Origin: an uncultured archaeon
GTDB lineage: Archaea > Asgardarchaeota > Heimdallarchaeia > Heimdallarchaeales > Heimdallarchaeaceae
Direction of reading: 5' to 3'
Assembly (NCBI GenBank): GCA_964534625.1
Contig: CAZHRF010000047.1
Coordinates: 1 to 21,602 of the forward strand
Length of the DNA stretch: 21,602 nt
Below the pieces are notes generated by a model. That model saw nothing but the letters and a program-made list of their open reading frames with translations, did not search any database and had not been told where the DNA came from. A program made the translations under genes and the position numbers. Below are positions 1 to 9,402 of the stretch, piece by piece; position 1 is the first letter of the stretch, and each line of letters begins with the position of its first letter.

Positions 1-227
1 AACTCTCACTTTTCCCGACAAAAAAGGTATTCATAAAAAAGTTACCAGTAATAGGATATGTCCCAAAGAACAAGAGCGTTTTACCGTTTACAGCACTTTC
101 AGTTTCTCAGTGTTCAGTTAAAAAAGTTGGAGTTTTGGTTGCTTATCCCCCATAAATCTATGTGCTACGTTCGTTCCTTTTTTTATGGTGTTTCTTAGTC
201 ATCACTAAAGGAGGGTGAAACACTTAC
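1..227 (+). mobile_element. Right end of an IS66-like element (terminal repeat GGAGGGTGAAACACTTAC)
   Basis: 210-227 matches the repeat at 18014-18032 (TAGGGGATGAAACACTTAC), and subterminal sequence (cataaat..gtgc; ttagtc..ctaaa) is also shared. The reverse complement starts GTAAG, the usual IS66-family end. Confidence 0.55.
3..155 (+). CDS. 3' end of an ORF entering from upstream of the window, possibly the transposase of the IS66-like element ending at 227
   Basis: Frame 3 is open from the window edge to TAA at 153-155 (…KKVGVLVAYPP*) and is followed about 55 bp later by the conserved element end. No diagnostic motif is visible. Confidence 0.3.
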   Translation, partial: LSLFPTKKVFIKKLPVIGYVPKNKSVLPFTALSVSQCSVKKVGVLVAYPP

Positions 228-835
228 GGATATTATAAATTAAAATGTTAAATTATTAACCTATGATAGCAAGCATTTTTGAAGGTTTTTTATCATATTG
301 AGTATTTTTACCATTCATTCATATTCTTCAAACGGATTTAACTCGGTTTTTTGAACCATATGAATTAATATTTGGCTCTATTTTAGAAAAATGGTACTAG
401 TATTTAATTCAATAGCTAGAACGGTTTGAAAATTAATCTAGTTTCATCAAGATTTAGAAATATCATAACTTGCAAATATGTTTGATAAATGATTGTATTC
501 TTGCATATTACCAAAAGCATATTCAAAAAACTCTTAGGACTTTCTTCCATCAGAACTCAAGTACAGATGGAAATTGTACTGGAAGAAATACAAGAGAAGC
601 TGCTTGCGTTTTTACAGAGGTAGTCGTTCACGTAACAGAACCAACCCAAGTTTGATGAATCCGAAGACATGCTCAACCGCTTCATTCAGACCAATACGAA
701 AGGTCTTTTTCGATAATTCTGGAAAGGGAAAGGTATAAATGAATTGACCGGTCACGTGCGGAATCGGTTTTATGATCTACCTGGTTTGATTTTGGTTCCG
801 ACATTATTTATGAGCCTACAGTTTTTGAACATGTT

Positions 836-1702
836 TTACCAATTAAATTTATAACCTAATAATTCATATAATTCTTCATTTAAAGGCTCATAATATTTTG
901 CTAATTTATTGTATATTTTTAAATCTATAGGTGGATATTTATTGGTGTTAAATGCTTTAAATTCATTTAAGTTTATGGGTGGCAAGTTAAGAAATTTTAG
1001 AATGTGTAAATAGCTGATATCCGTATCACTAAAGAAATCTTCACTCTTTATTATCAAAATTTGATCTCTTTTGAAGTATTTAAACCATTTTTTCAGATGT
1101 TTTGCATAATAACCTGTATCAAGATAGCTATAATGCTGATGTTTGATACTAAAATAAAACTTGTTTCTCTTAAATTTTTCATATTCTTTCTTTAGTCTTT
1201 CTCTTTCCTTTTTCAAAGCAGATTCTATAGACAATCTTTCATAACCCTTGCTTCTTTCATGATAATAATGAGAATAGGCTCTATATATAGGGTTTCTTAG
1301 CATAATAATTACCTTCACATATGGTATATCTATACTCATTCTTTCTGGTACAAAAGGACAGTTAAAATAATAGGGTGTTGACTCACCAGTAATCACATTC
1401 TTTTTATTAAATACTTTTTTATAAACTGTTCTATAAATACTAGAAGGAAAGTTCGATTTATACCAATCAAACCCTTTATAATAATTTCTGTCATAATAGT
1501 GAACTTCTTTTGTTTTTGAAGCTAAAAAATTAGGATGTTCTAATAAATATCTATAAAGTGATGTTGTACCGCATTTTTGAGGACCAATTATTACAAATTC
1601 TGGTTTTTTAAGCTGATTTTTTATTACTTTTTTTGATAGATTACGAATGGAAAAGCAAAATAAGTACAGTCCTAGTTTCATTTTTTTAAGCACAATAATC
1701 AA
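836..1702 (-). CDS. PAPS-dependent sulfotransferase (Sulfotransfer_1; heparan sulfate N-/3-O-sulfotransferase-like domain)
   Basis: 5'-PSB loop IIGPQKCGTTSLY, KEVHYYD, GESTPYY, 3'-PB motif MLRNPIYRAYSHY, and C-terminal YYEPLNEELYELLG..FNW. The true start may be the ATG at 1681. Confidence 0.93.
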   Translation of the reverse strand: MIIVLKKMKLGLYLFCFSIRNLSKKVIKNQLKKPEFVIIGPQKCGTTSLYRYLLEHPNFLASKTKEVHYYDRNYYKGFDWYKSNFPSSIYRTVYKKVFNKKNVITGESTPYYFNCPFVPERMSIDIPYVKVIIMLRNPIYRAYSHYYHERSKGYERLSIESALKKERERLKKEYEKFKRNKFYFSIKHQHYSYLDTGYYAKHLKKWFKYFKRDQILIIKSEDFFSDTDISYLHILKFLNLPPINLNEFKAFNTNKYPPIDLKIYNKLAKYYEPLNEELYELLGYKFNW

Positions 1703-1763
1703 GAAAATAATACTGTGTTACATATATAAGTATAATGCTGTTAATCAATTTTTTAATCAACTA

Positions 1764-3089
1764 AGAGTACCCTAACAAAAATTTCGTCCACTTTTGTCTC
1801 AGAAGTTCGGTCCCCCTTGTGAGTAGATAAGACACAGCAGTACAATCTTCAACAACAAACAAAATTCCGACAAAAATAAAGATGTGAGTACGAATTGTAC
1901 AGTATGAAAAGTGCACAAACGATACTCACATGTGAACAAGTGAACCAGCTTTATGAACTTTTAGATGACATCCAGATAGACGACAGCGTGAAGAAACGAG
2001 CAAGAATTGTCCTTTTACGGGAATATAACGGATATTCTCAAACTCAGGTACAAAAAAGAATAGCAACGAATCCAAAACAAATACGGAAATGGGTTGAACG
2101 GTTTTATGCAGAAGGTACAGTCGGGGTGTACGATAGAACACGATCTGGGCGACCCACAACTATCACCCACAAAGAACAAGCAATAATAGAGAAGGTACTT
2201 CGACACTCGCCTGGTGAATCGAAGATTGACGCCCCGGTACGGACTTGGTCATTAGCCAGTCTCAGTACCTATTTACACGAGGATTACAGCATCATTTGCA
2301 GCCGAGGGCATCTCGGACGATTATTACACCAATGGGGCTGGGTGTATAGGAAAGTGGAAGACGATTTTGTTCGCCGAGATCCCGACTATGAGGTGAAAGC
2401 AGCAAGAGTACAAAAATTGATCGAAAATCCACCTCCTAGGTGCCGAGTGATAAGTGTAGATGAAAAAGGACCAATTTCGGTACGATTTCATCGTGGGCGC
2501 CAGTGGCAAAGAAAAGAAGAACGTGTTGCTATCCCAAAAAATGCAAACAAAACGCATGGAAAAACAGTTTTATTCGGAGCATGGGATGTCCATTCTCGAG
2601 AATTTTGGTCCGTTTTTTCGCCTAAGCGTGACACCGTAGGGTTTTTGGCGTTATTGGACACCTTAGTTATGGAAAGAATTGATTCAGGTTTTGATGCAGT
2701 CTACATTCTCTTAGATAATCTTTCTGTTCACAAGGCAAAGAAAGTAAATGCTTGGAAACGAGACCATCCAAAGTTTAAGTTTGTCTTTCTTCATACCTAT
2801 TCCTCCCAATTACAACCTATAGAAGGATTGTTTAGTGTTTTACAACGTGAAGTCCTAGACAACTACTGGTGGAGTAGTGTTGATGAGATTCACCAAGCCA
2901 TTACAACCTGGAAATATTTCTACAATTCCGACCGGCGAACTATCCATTCTCGTCTTCCACACCGCCCTCGCGCGTCAAGAGTGTTGTATACTCCACATCC
3001 TCCTTAGACCGTGACGCCACAACGTTTTCACTTGGGGTGTTCCCAACTTCTGAGACAAAGGATGGACGAAACTTATGTAAGGGTACTAC
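1764..3089 (+). mobile_element. IS630-family insertion sequence, apparently intact
   Basis: Imperfect TIRs of about 42 bp (1766-1807 AGTACCCTAACAAAAATTTCGTCCACTTTTGTCTCAGAAGTT; 3045-3087 is the reverse complement). Flanked by TA at 1762-63 and 3090-91. One full-length transposase ORF. Confidence 0.92.
1895..3007 (+). CDS. IS630-family transposase (HTH + DDE_3)
   Basis: N-terminal RARIVLL…KWVERF…RSGRP HTH region. Catalytic motifs SVDEK, LLDNLSVH, SSQLQPIE. Alternative ATG start at 1904. Confidence 0.95.
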   Translation: MYSMKSAQTILTCEQVNQLYELLDDIQIDDSVKKRARIVLLREYNGYSQTQVQKRIATNPKQIRKWVERFYAEGTVGVYDRTRSGRPTTITHKEQAIIEKVLRHSPGESKIDAPVRTWSLASLSTYLHEDYSIICSRGHLGRLLHQWGWVYRKVEDDFVRRDPDYEVKAARVQKLIENPPPRCRVISVDEKGPISVRFHRGRQWQRKEERVAIPKNANKTHGKTVLFGAWDVHSREFWSVFSPKRDTVGFLALLDTLVMERIDSGFDAVYILLDNLSVHKAKKVNAWKRDHPKFKFVFLHTYSSQLQPIEGLFSVLQREVLDNYWWSSVDEIHQAITTWKYFYNSDRRTIHSRLPHRPRASRVLYTPHPP

Positions 3090-3161
3090 TAAGATCGATT
3101 GTTCACTAAACCAACATCGTTAACAATATAAAGTGAAGTTACCCTGAGCATGTGATAGAAC

Positions 3162-4093
3162 ATGAAAGAACAACGTAACTTCGACAAAATTAGGAAAAGA
3201 GTAGTTAAAAAAGCTTTGGAAGGAGCGAATAAAACACAACTTGCAAGACAATATATGGACAGCACGAACTTCATATACAAGTGGATAGGACGATATATGG
3301 AAGATCCAACCGGAGCATGGTGGAAAGAACGACCAAGGGCATCCAAGAATCCTAAACGGAAACTAACACCTGAAATACAAGAGAGGATACTACACGCACG
3401 AAAAAAATGGGGATTAAACATCGTAAAGATTGCAGTGGTGTTACAACGAGAAGGAATAAAGCTGAGTTATACAACCATTTGAAAAGTGCTTGAAAAAGTA
3501 GGAGAAGAGAATTGGAGTAGAAGAAAAAAGATCTATGTCAGGTATAAACAGTTTGAACGAGAAACACCAAATGATCTGTGGCAAATTGATCTCAAAGGAC
3601 CAGTGTGGATAGAAGAACAAGGACAACATATACACGTGATGACGATGATTGATGATCACTCACGCTTTTTAGTACTAGCAAAGTTCTATACGCGTCCTAT
3701 ACATCATGACGATATTCTTACAGAAATCGATAGATGTGTTCGTTCATATGGTAAACCGCGACAAATACTGACAGATAATGGGGTATAATTTTATGCGGTG
3801 AGAGGTGGAACTAGTAACTTTACCAGACAGCTACGCCAACAAGGAATTGAACATATCCGGTCTCGAGTGAATCATCCCCAAACCTGTGGGAAAGTCGAAC
3901 GCCACATGGAACGATTTTTAGGGAACTACCCAGGGTAGGATTAACCTATTGTAATTATGATTTGGCCCAATATCGTGATTATTATACCTTCTTCCGTCCT
4001 CATCAAGGGATCTCCTTCCTTACTCCCTGTGAAAGGTTTATGAATGTACCCCCTAGACCTATTATACTCAAAAGTGTAATCGATCTTAGTTGA
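3162..4093 (+). pseudogene. IS481-family transposase pseudogene
   Basis: HTH region, then PNDLWQID, IDDHSR, LTDNG*F, HPQTCGKVER and RPHQGISFLTP. In-frame stops at 3480-82 and 3786-88, a frameshift near 3905, and a final TGA at 4091-93. Confidence 0.9.
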
Positions 4094-4146
4094 GTTAACA
4101 GAGGTACTAGACTTACAGAAAAATTAATAATAAAACAAATCAATTC

Positions 4147-6135
4147 ATGTCAATGAATGAAGCGAATTGTAAATGTTCCTTTAACTTGAAAAAATCAATA
4201 ATGAATAACTTATTTATAATAAAGATATTCGTTAATATGTTGGTCTTATCTTTATTTGTATTAACAACCTTATTTGGTATATATAATCCCTTTGACCCTT
4301 TTTACTTATGGAAAACTTTACCGCCTCTACAAGGCAGTGATGGGTTAACCTCATTTAATGAAATTATATTCGCAATCTTTAAAATAAATATTTTTAATTT
4401 ATTAATTAGTTTAAGTGTTATTATAGTAAATATTTATCTTTTGTTTACGCTTTGGAATTTTGAACAAAAAAAAGAACGCCTATTCTTTTTTATAATGACC
4501 TTTCTATTACTTTATGCTTTTTCAATTTCTCCAAATTTATATACTTTTAGGCTTTGGTCTACAGATTCTGCATTTCATTTGTCACTAATTAATAAGTTTA
4601 AACAAGTGTCAAACTATATTCCTCCAAAAGTTTATTATCAATATGGAAATTTTCTCTATCATAAATTTTTTGCACATATCTCCAACTGTTTTAATATAAA
4701 TTCTCATACTCTATTATTGTTTCTACCTCAATTATTAACAAATACTATATTTTTTATAGGTCTTTATTTACTATTATTCTCAAAAAATAATCAATTATTT
4801 GAATTAATTAATGACAAAAGGCGTATCTTTGTTATTATACTGTCTCATCCATTATTGCTTCGCTATATGTCAATACCCGCTCCTTTTAATTTAGTACTAG
4901 CATTTGCTCCTTTAGTAATTTATTTTTCACTAAATATTTTTGAAGCCCACATATATAGCTTATTATTATTTTTGACCATCTATCTTACAATAAATATCCA
5001 TGTTTATGGTTACTTTTATATCCTAGTTTCAATCCAGAGTGTTTTTGTATTAATATTGTTTAAATATCATATAACTAGTAACAATATTACTTCATTTTTG
5101 TTAATCAGTAATTTATCTATTTTAATTACTTTAATCTTTCTTATATTTCCAAGTCTCCTTATCAATATGTTCATAACTGTTTTTAATATGATCCCTGGCG
5201 AAACAAATATCTTCATAAAAATAACGGGAAGCCTTGATTATGGTGGAAAAATGTTAAACTATTATTTTCAAATATATTCATTATATTCTTACCTAAAGAT
5301 ATTTGAATTAATCCTATATTTTGGTCCAGTTCTTTATATTATTGTACATAATCAATACTGCTATTATAAAATATATTTCAACAAGAAATGTAGTAGTAAG
5401 GTTAATGGTTTAAGACTCTTTTGTGATGTTTTTTTTCCTTCCGTTATACTTGGTTATTTTTTTGGTGAGGAATTAGCGTTTCAGAGAATGACTCTTTTTT
5501 CAATTTTTATTTACTATATATTGTTTCTTAACGAAATAATTCCAAAAATTAAACGATTTTTAAGAAAAGTACTACATTGGTTTCGAAAGACAGTCTTTCG
5601 TGAGCAATATAAGGTTATAAATATAAACAAAATCAAGATTTTTAACAAAAAACTAAAAATAAAAGAAAATATTTTTTATGTATCTGTAATTATTATCATG
5701 TTATTACTTCCATTTATCCAAAGCCATCCTTATAGTTCTACACAGTATCATGCTCTTGAGTGGATAAAAAACAATACACCCCATGATTCAACAATATTAA
5801 CATGTGCAAATAACTTTGATTCTCTGACAAATGCAATTACTGGAAGGGTTGCAACTGGTTATAGTTGGATATTATTCGATAATGATAGCAAATATGATGA
5901 AGAATATCGAATTAATGAATATATTGAGCGATTTGTTGATGGGAAATATCTTTATCTACTATTGTATTTTGATAGAGGACATATATACTATACAATAAAT
6001 GCCGATAGAATGCGTGTAGAGGCCTTTTTTATACATCAGTATATTTCAAATTCCTCTAACTTCCATTTGGTTTATACTAATCCAAATACAGAGATATATC
6101 AAATTGGTATTGTAAGTGTTACATCCCTTTTTTAG
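4147..6135 (+). CDS. Multi-pass membrane protein, GT-C fold (AglB/STT3-like architecture), putative lipid-linked-sugar glycosyltransferase
   Basis: About 12-14 hydrophobic segments, a loop motif STDSAFH resembling the D-x-x-(Y/F)H motif of AglB/STT3, and a C-terminal soluble domain starting ALEWIKNNTPHDSTIL…AITGR. It lacks WWDYG. The start may be 4153 or 4201. Confidence 0.65.
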   Translation: MSMNEANCKCSFNLKKSIMNNLFIIKIFVNMLVLSLFVLTTLFGIYNPFDPFYLWKTLPPLQGSDGLTSFNEIIFAIFKINIFNLLISLSVIIVNIYLLFTLWNFEQKKERLFFFIMTFLLLYAFSISPNLYTFRLWSTDSAFHLSLINKFKQVSNYIPPKVYYQYGNFLYHKFFAHISNCFNINSHTLLLFLPQLLTNTIFFIGLYLLLFSKNNQLFELINDKRRIFVIILSHPLLLRYMSIPAPFNLVLAFAPLVIYFSLNIFEAHIYSLLLFLTIYLTINIHVYGYFYILVSIQSVFVLILFKYHITSNNITSFLLISNLSILITLIFLIFPSLLINMFITVFNMIPGETNIFIKITGSLDYGGKMLNYYFQIYSLYSYLKIFELILYFGPVLYIIVHNQYCYYKIYFNKKCSSKVNGLRLFCDVFFPSVILGYFFGEELAFQRMTLFSIFIYYILFLNEIIPKIKRFLRKVLHWFRKTVFREQYKVININKIKIFNKKLKIKENIFYVSVIIIMLLLPFIQSHPYSSTQYHALEWIKNNTPHDSTILTCANNFDSLTNAITGRVATGYSWILFDNDSKYDEEYRINEYIERFVDGKYLYLLLYFDRGHIYYTINADRMRVEAFFIHQYISNSSNFHLVYTNPNTEIYQIGIVSVTSLF

Positions 6136-6151
6136 GAAGAAAATTAAAGAA
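6112..6151 (-). mobile_element. IS66-like terminal repeat relic overlapping the last codons of the membrane protein gene
   Basis: GTAAGTGTTACATCCCTTTTTTAG matches the reverse complement of 18009-18032 at 21/24 positions. Confidence 0.65.
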
Positions 6152-6186
6152 TGACTTGCTCCTAATCAGTCGAGATAGGGTCAAAA

Positions 6187-6515
6187 TTAACGTATAGTTA
6201 TCACCAATACAGCTGTTTATTTAGTTAATCACCCCCTTGAGTTAAGCTTTCAGTAAGAAACGTTCTAAACTTCTGACGAACAGTAGAGGGATGGAATGAA
6301 AGTAGACTACGAGTAAAAGACTTATACCGACGTTTTGCTGCCTCCTCTTGACTGAACGATAGAACAGCTATAATCCAAGTAGAAAGCGGAAAGGACGAAA
6401 AAAGGTCTTTAAAAGATTCAACATCAGTAAATGACCGTAAACTGACAAGAAAAGTCAGTGCTGGTGCTACCCAATCAAACGTACTTGGTGTATGCATACG
6501 ACCACCCTGTGACAA
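6187..6515 (-). mobile_element. Relic of an unclassified IS: transposase C-terminal tail (ORF 6225-6515) plus conserved end, copy 1
   Basis: The last 90 aa align without gaps to ORF 11223-11495 (47/90 identical). The sequence after the stop is shared, including an identical 17-mer (TTAACGTATAGTTATCA, 6187-6203). Confidence 0.7.
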
Positions 6516-6599
6516 GTCACCTATCCCAAAGTAATTTTTTTATTCAAAATAAGATAAAAAGATACAAAAAATATCGACACATACGCTTTTGTATATATT

Positions 6600-7328
6600 T
6601 CAAACATCATTGATTATTCTGTCATATAAAATATAAGCATTTTTTAACTTTATTTTATGTTTATTAGAATCAAGTTTTTGTATATAGTACATCTTCAATT
6701 TTTCTTTATATTGTGATGGTCTTGATATTTGGTTTCTAATATTATTACCATATATCTCATTTGATTTTTTAATAAGTTGTGATACTTTTTTTTCATTTTC
6801 GATAGTTGGATGATATATTTTGAAGTTTGTTGAATATTTGCTATTTACTTCCTTTATTGTAGAACCAAAATCTTGAATTACTTGATCAAAATGACCAATT
6901 ACTAATTTTTTTCTATTTCTATAAATTTCTCTATGGTATTGAATATAGTAATTGATTAGGATATTAATGTTGGAACCTTTATAAGCAACTAAATTAGATA
7001 AAATTGCTTCTAAAGGATTCCTTACTAATACTAAAGTTGGAATACCAAATTTGATTGATTTTTCTATTTGAGCTATCACGTGTAAATGATGAGCAACTTT
7101 AACTTCTTTTTCTTGACCAACCAAAAAAGCACAATACGCATAGGTATTCGCTGAACGGGGATATCCTTCAATAGTTATATCAGTGTCTTTATTCACATAC
7201 CACAATTTATGTCTTTTCCGACAAAATGCATAAAAATTATACAATTTAACACTAGTTCCAATATACGTCCTAAATATGTTAGACAAATCAAAAAGATATT
7301 TTTCCAATTTCGACATTTTCAAACACAA
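6600..7328 (-). CDS. Sulfotransferase-fold protein (second, divergent family)
   Basis: 5'-PSB-like ITIEGYPRSANTY and 3'-PB-like LVLVRNPLEAILS. Likely start is the ATG at 7316. Confidence 0.78.
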   Translation of the reverse strand: MCLKMSKLEKYLFDLSNIFRTYIGTSVKLYNFYAFCRKRHKLWYVNKDTDITIEGYPRSANTYAYCAFLVGQEKEVKVAHHLHVIAQIEKSIKFGIPTLVLVRNPLEAILSNLVAYKGSNINILINYYIQYHREIYRNRKKLVIGHFDQVIQDFGSTIKEVNSKYSTNFKIYHPTIENEKKVSQLIKKSNEIYGNNIRNQISRPSQYKEKLKMYYIQKLDSNKHKIKLKNAYILYDRIINDV

Positions 7329-7366
7329 AACACCAAGTAAGTTTATGTTCTTTCATTCTTTTAAAT

Positions 7367-7394
7367 ATATATATTACTGAATATATATTACTGA
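7367..7394. repeat. Perfect 14-bp tandem duplication (ATATATATTACTGA x2) upstream of the second sulfotransferase
   Basis: Read directly at 7367-7380 and 7381-7394. Confidence 0.85.
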
Positions 7395-7986
7395 AATACT
7401 CTAATATAACGATTAGTTATTCTCTCCGTGTATGAACACAACTATATTCTATGAAGCCATTTAATTGTCGTCAGTACCCGTTTCTTTCTTCCCATTATAA
7501 TGATAACTCAGAAATGTAACTTTCTCCTCATTTAATAATGAGATGGTACGTTGAGGAGAAATCGCACCGAATGTTTTTGTCGGAACATTCTACCTCAACA
7601 TATGAGTTTTAGCACGAACTCAGGTTCACTTGTGAGCAAGTACAATTTCAATGTTATGGAAGTGAAAAACAAAGGAACAAAAAATGGTTCCAACCAATGT
7701 TACGTGTTTTCCTAGACGGAAATGGAAAAAATAAAACAAGACAAGATAAACTAAGCATCCCATATGAACGTTTTACTCGTTTTACTCTCCTTGCTGATCA
7801 CTTCCGTTTACAGAGGAAAATACGGGGTAGTTTCCTAGATAAACTAGAAGACATAGCTGAGAGGTAGACATCGTTAGGTTAGGGGAGTTTTACAAACTAT
7901 GATTCCGAATTAAGAGAAAATTTAAAGGTTCTATTGTTCTAGAAGGCATTTTTACCTATGCTAAAAAATAGGTCATCACAGCTGTG

Positions 7987-8002
7987 TGCTATTTCGGAAG
8001 TA
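7987..8002 (+). repeat. Dispersed repeat TGCTATTTCGGAAGTA (second copy 14798-14813), probable IS-end relic
   Basis: 16/16 identity with 14798-14813, and weaker similarity continues for about 45 bp downstream. Confidence 0.6.
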
Positions 8003-8065
8003 ATAATGTTTTAGTAACATTTATTAATTAAATTATTTTGTTGTTGGTATAGAGGTAATAATTAG

Positions 8066-9334
8066 ATGAATATTTTACTACTTGCTTATAACTTTCCACC
8101 TAGTAAACGTGTAAGTGGTTTTCGCCCTTATAGTTTTGTAAAATATCTTCCCGAATTTGGTATAAATATAACTCTACTCACAAACCTAAATGAAGAAGAG
8201 AAAGAAACACTTTTAACAAATATTTATATTGATAATATTTTTACTGTTGAAAACAGCGTACTTCATAAATTTTTATATAAATTAAAGATTTTACATGCTT
8301 GGAAAAAAGGGAAGTTTAACAGATTATTACTTTTACAAAACAATTGTTTTTCTTGGGTTAATAGGTCCTATAAGGTAGGTAAAAAAATACTGAAAGAAGA
8401 ACAAATTGATGCTATTATGGCGATAGGTGAGGATTTTAAGACATTTATTTTAGGATATAGGCTTTCAAAAAAATTTGGCGTTCCTTTAATACTTGATTAT
8501 CAAGACGCTTGGTCTGAGAAACCTTTTGATATTTATCGTTTAAAATGGTTTGAAAAAGTGGTAAAGAGAAGAGTAAAAAAACATGAAAAAAAAATTATAG
8601 ATAAAGCCAATATATTGATAGCTGTTGGACCAGAGTATGCGAAACATATTGCCAAAAACCTGAATATCAATGCAGAAGAATTTAAAATTGTTTACAATGG
8701 TTTTTTTGAAAATTATCAACAGAAAAACATTGTAGATAAAAGTAAAAAACCATTTAGTATTTCATATTTTGGTAGCATTTATGGTAACCGAAAAAATATC
8801 GCAGTGAACTTCTTACAAGGACTTAAAAAAATGATTGCAATTAATGGGCTTGATTTAGAAGATATTGAATTTAGATATGCTGGTATAACCTCACGCCGTA
8901 TTATTGAACAAATGGTTAAAAATATCGAAATAGTAGAACACTATAAAGATTGCGGATATTTCGATCAAGATAAGTTTATGGAAAACGATGAGTACATGAA
9001 AGCGATACAAAATTCAACTATTTTAGTTACTTTTGCACCAAAAGGTGCAGAATTTGTTATTCCCACGAAAATCTATGATTATGCAGTGGGAAATTCCCAT
9101 ATTCTGGTTATTGGGGAAGATGGAGCAATATCTTCTTTATGTAATAATATGGAACAAGAATATACTTTAGTTTCCAATGATGTCCATAAGATTTCTGAAA
9201 CCCTAGATCGGTTATATAAAAAATGGAAAAATAACTCTCTTAAGTTTGGTTGTAATATTAATAAATTAAGCAAATATAATAGACGTTATCAGGCAAAAAT
9301 ATTGGCAGAACATCTTAAAAATGATTTAAAATAA
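8066..9334 (+). CDS. Glycosyltransferase, GT4/GT-B fold
   Basis: N-terminal ILLLAYNFPP, PLILDYQDAW, IVYNGF, ISYFGSIY, IPTKIYDY and C-terminal YNRRYQAKIL. GAGGT SD upstream. Confidence 0.9.
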   Translation: MNILLLAYNFPPSKRVSGFRPYSFVKYLPEFGINITLLTNLNEEEKETLLTNIYIDNIFTVENSVLHKFLYKLKILHAWKKGKFNRLLLLQNNCFSWVNRSYKVGKKILKEEQIDAIMAIGEDFKTFILGYRLSKKFGVPLILDYQDAWSEKPFDIYRLKWFEKVVKRRVKKHEKKIIDKANILIAVGPEYAKHIAKNLNINAEEFKIVYNGFFENYQQKNIVDKSKKPFSISYFGSIYGNRKNIAVNFLQGLKKMIAINGLDLEDIEFRYAGITSRRIIEQMVKNIEIVEHYKDCGYFDQDKFMENDEYMKAIQNSTILVTFAPKGAEFVIPTKIYDYAVGNSHILVIGEDGAISSLCNNMEQEYTLVSNDVHKISETLDRLYKKWKNNSLKFGCNINKLSKYNRRYQAKILAEHLKNDLK

Positions 9335-9402
9335 AATAGATAATATTTCATGTTTATTTTTATCGGAATTTTACCGATCTACAACTATCTCACTCTGTTT
9401 CT

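Larger units (their letters stand above)
1751..4100 (+). mobile_element. Decayed IS481-family element whose left TIR is interrupted by the IS630
   Basis: The right end 4078-4100 reverse-complements to TGTTAACTCAACTAAGATCGATT. Removing the IS630 and one TA rebuilds a matching left end, TTTTAATCAAC-TA-AGATCGATT. TGT ends are typical of IS481. Confidence 0.82.

Noticed and set aside
470-655. 61-aa ORF
   Set aside because: TTG start, no recognisable motif, and it overlaps what looks like a decayed fragment in another frame.
1926-3659. Short minus-strand ORFs (1926-2159, 2015-2206, 2324-2557, 3089-3421, 3441-3659)
   Set aside because: They are antisense shadows of the transposase genes.
3162-3788. 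ORFs 3162-3482 and 3486-3788 as a two-gene IS or a recoded (Sec/readthrough) gene
   Set aside because: They share one frame, and a further TAA stop and a frameshift follow, so simple pseudogenisation explains them.
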